Shown here in pieces: positions 63,838 through 64,000 of a DNA stretch of 64,000 nt. How positions within the stretch are numbered: position 1 is the first letter of the stretch; each line of letters begins with the position of its first letter. The notes under the pieces are model-generated. The model had not been told where the DNA came from. It worked only from the letters and a program-made list of their open reading frames with translations, and did no database searches. The translations under genes were made by a program, and so were the position numbers. The DNA comes from Glaucostegus cemiculus (Eukaryota), in NCBI GenBank assembly GCA_976551045.1, contig CDPCPM010000026.1, positions 8,432,001 through 8,496,000 of the forward strand, in the 5' to 3' direction.

Positions 63838-63900
63838 TATAGAACATAGATACCTACAGCACAATTCAGGCCCTTCGGCCCACAAAGCTATGCCGAATAT
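63838..63900 (-). mobile_element. CR1/SINE 3'-tail fragment
   Basis: atagaacatagatacctacagcacaattcaggcccttcggcccacaaagctatgccgaa. Confidence 0.6.
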
Positions 63901-64000
63901 ACTTTAATATACTTGAGCTGAGGAAGTCAACCATAAGGTGCATGTTTTATATAAAATGTGAAATCAAACTGAAGCACAAAATTAATTGCAAAGTAAAAAC

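Overview
This is AT-rich vertebrate genomic DNA. The repeat set (CR1, V-SINE, DeuSINE, Penelope-like, L2, RTE) suggests a cartilaginous fish, which is an inference. The only protein-coding gene I can support is TOX3 (HMG-box transcription factor) on the + strand. Seven coding exons are visible at 12994-35457, encoding about 612 aa; the first exons were not found and probably lie upstream. The main surprise is two extra exons after the polyQ exon (33685-33860, 35397-35457), missed by the ORF track. They encode a Cys-rich C-terminal module closely resembling the TOX4 C-terminus, which mammalian TOX3 lacks. The preceding intron offers three ways to drop this tail: read-through to a stop, a second donor 4 nt downstream, and a 10-nt candidate poison microexon. 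The rest is intronic or intergenic sequence with degenerate retroelements, one Tc1/mariner-type MITE, Penelope-type short elements carrying minimal hammerhead ribozyme motifs, and a 188-N gap. Repeat families, protein homologies and boundaries come from recall and reading by eye, not from database searches.
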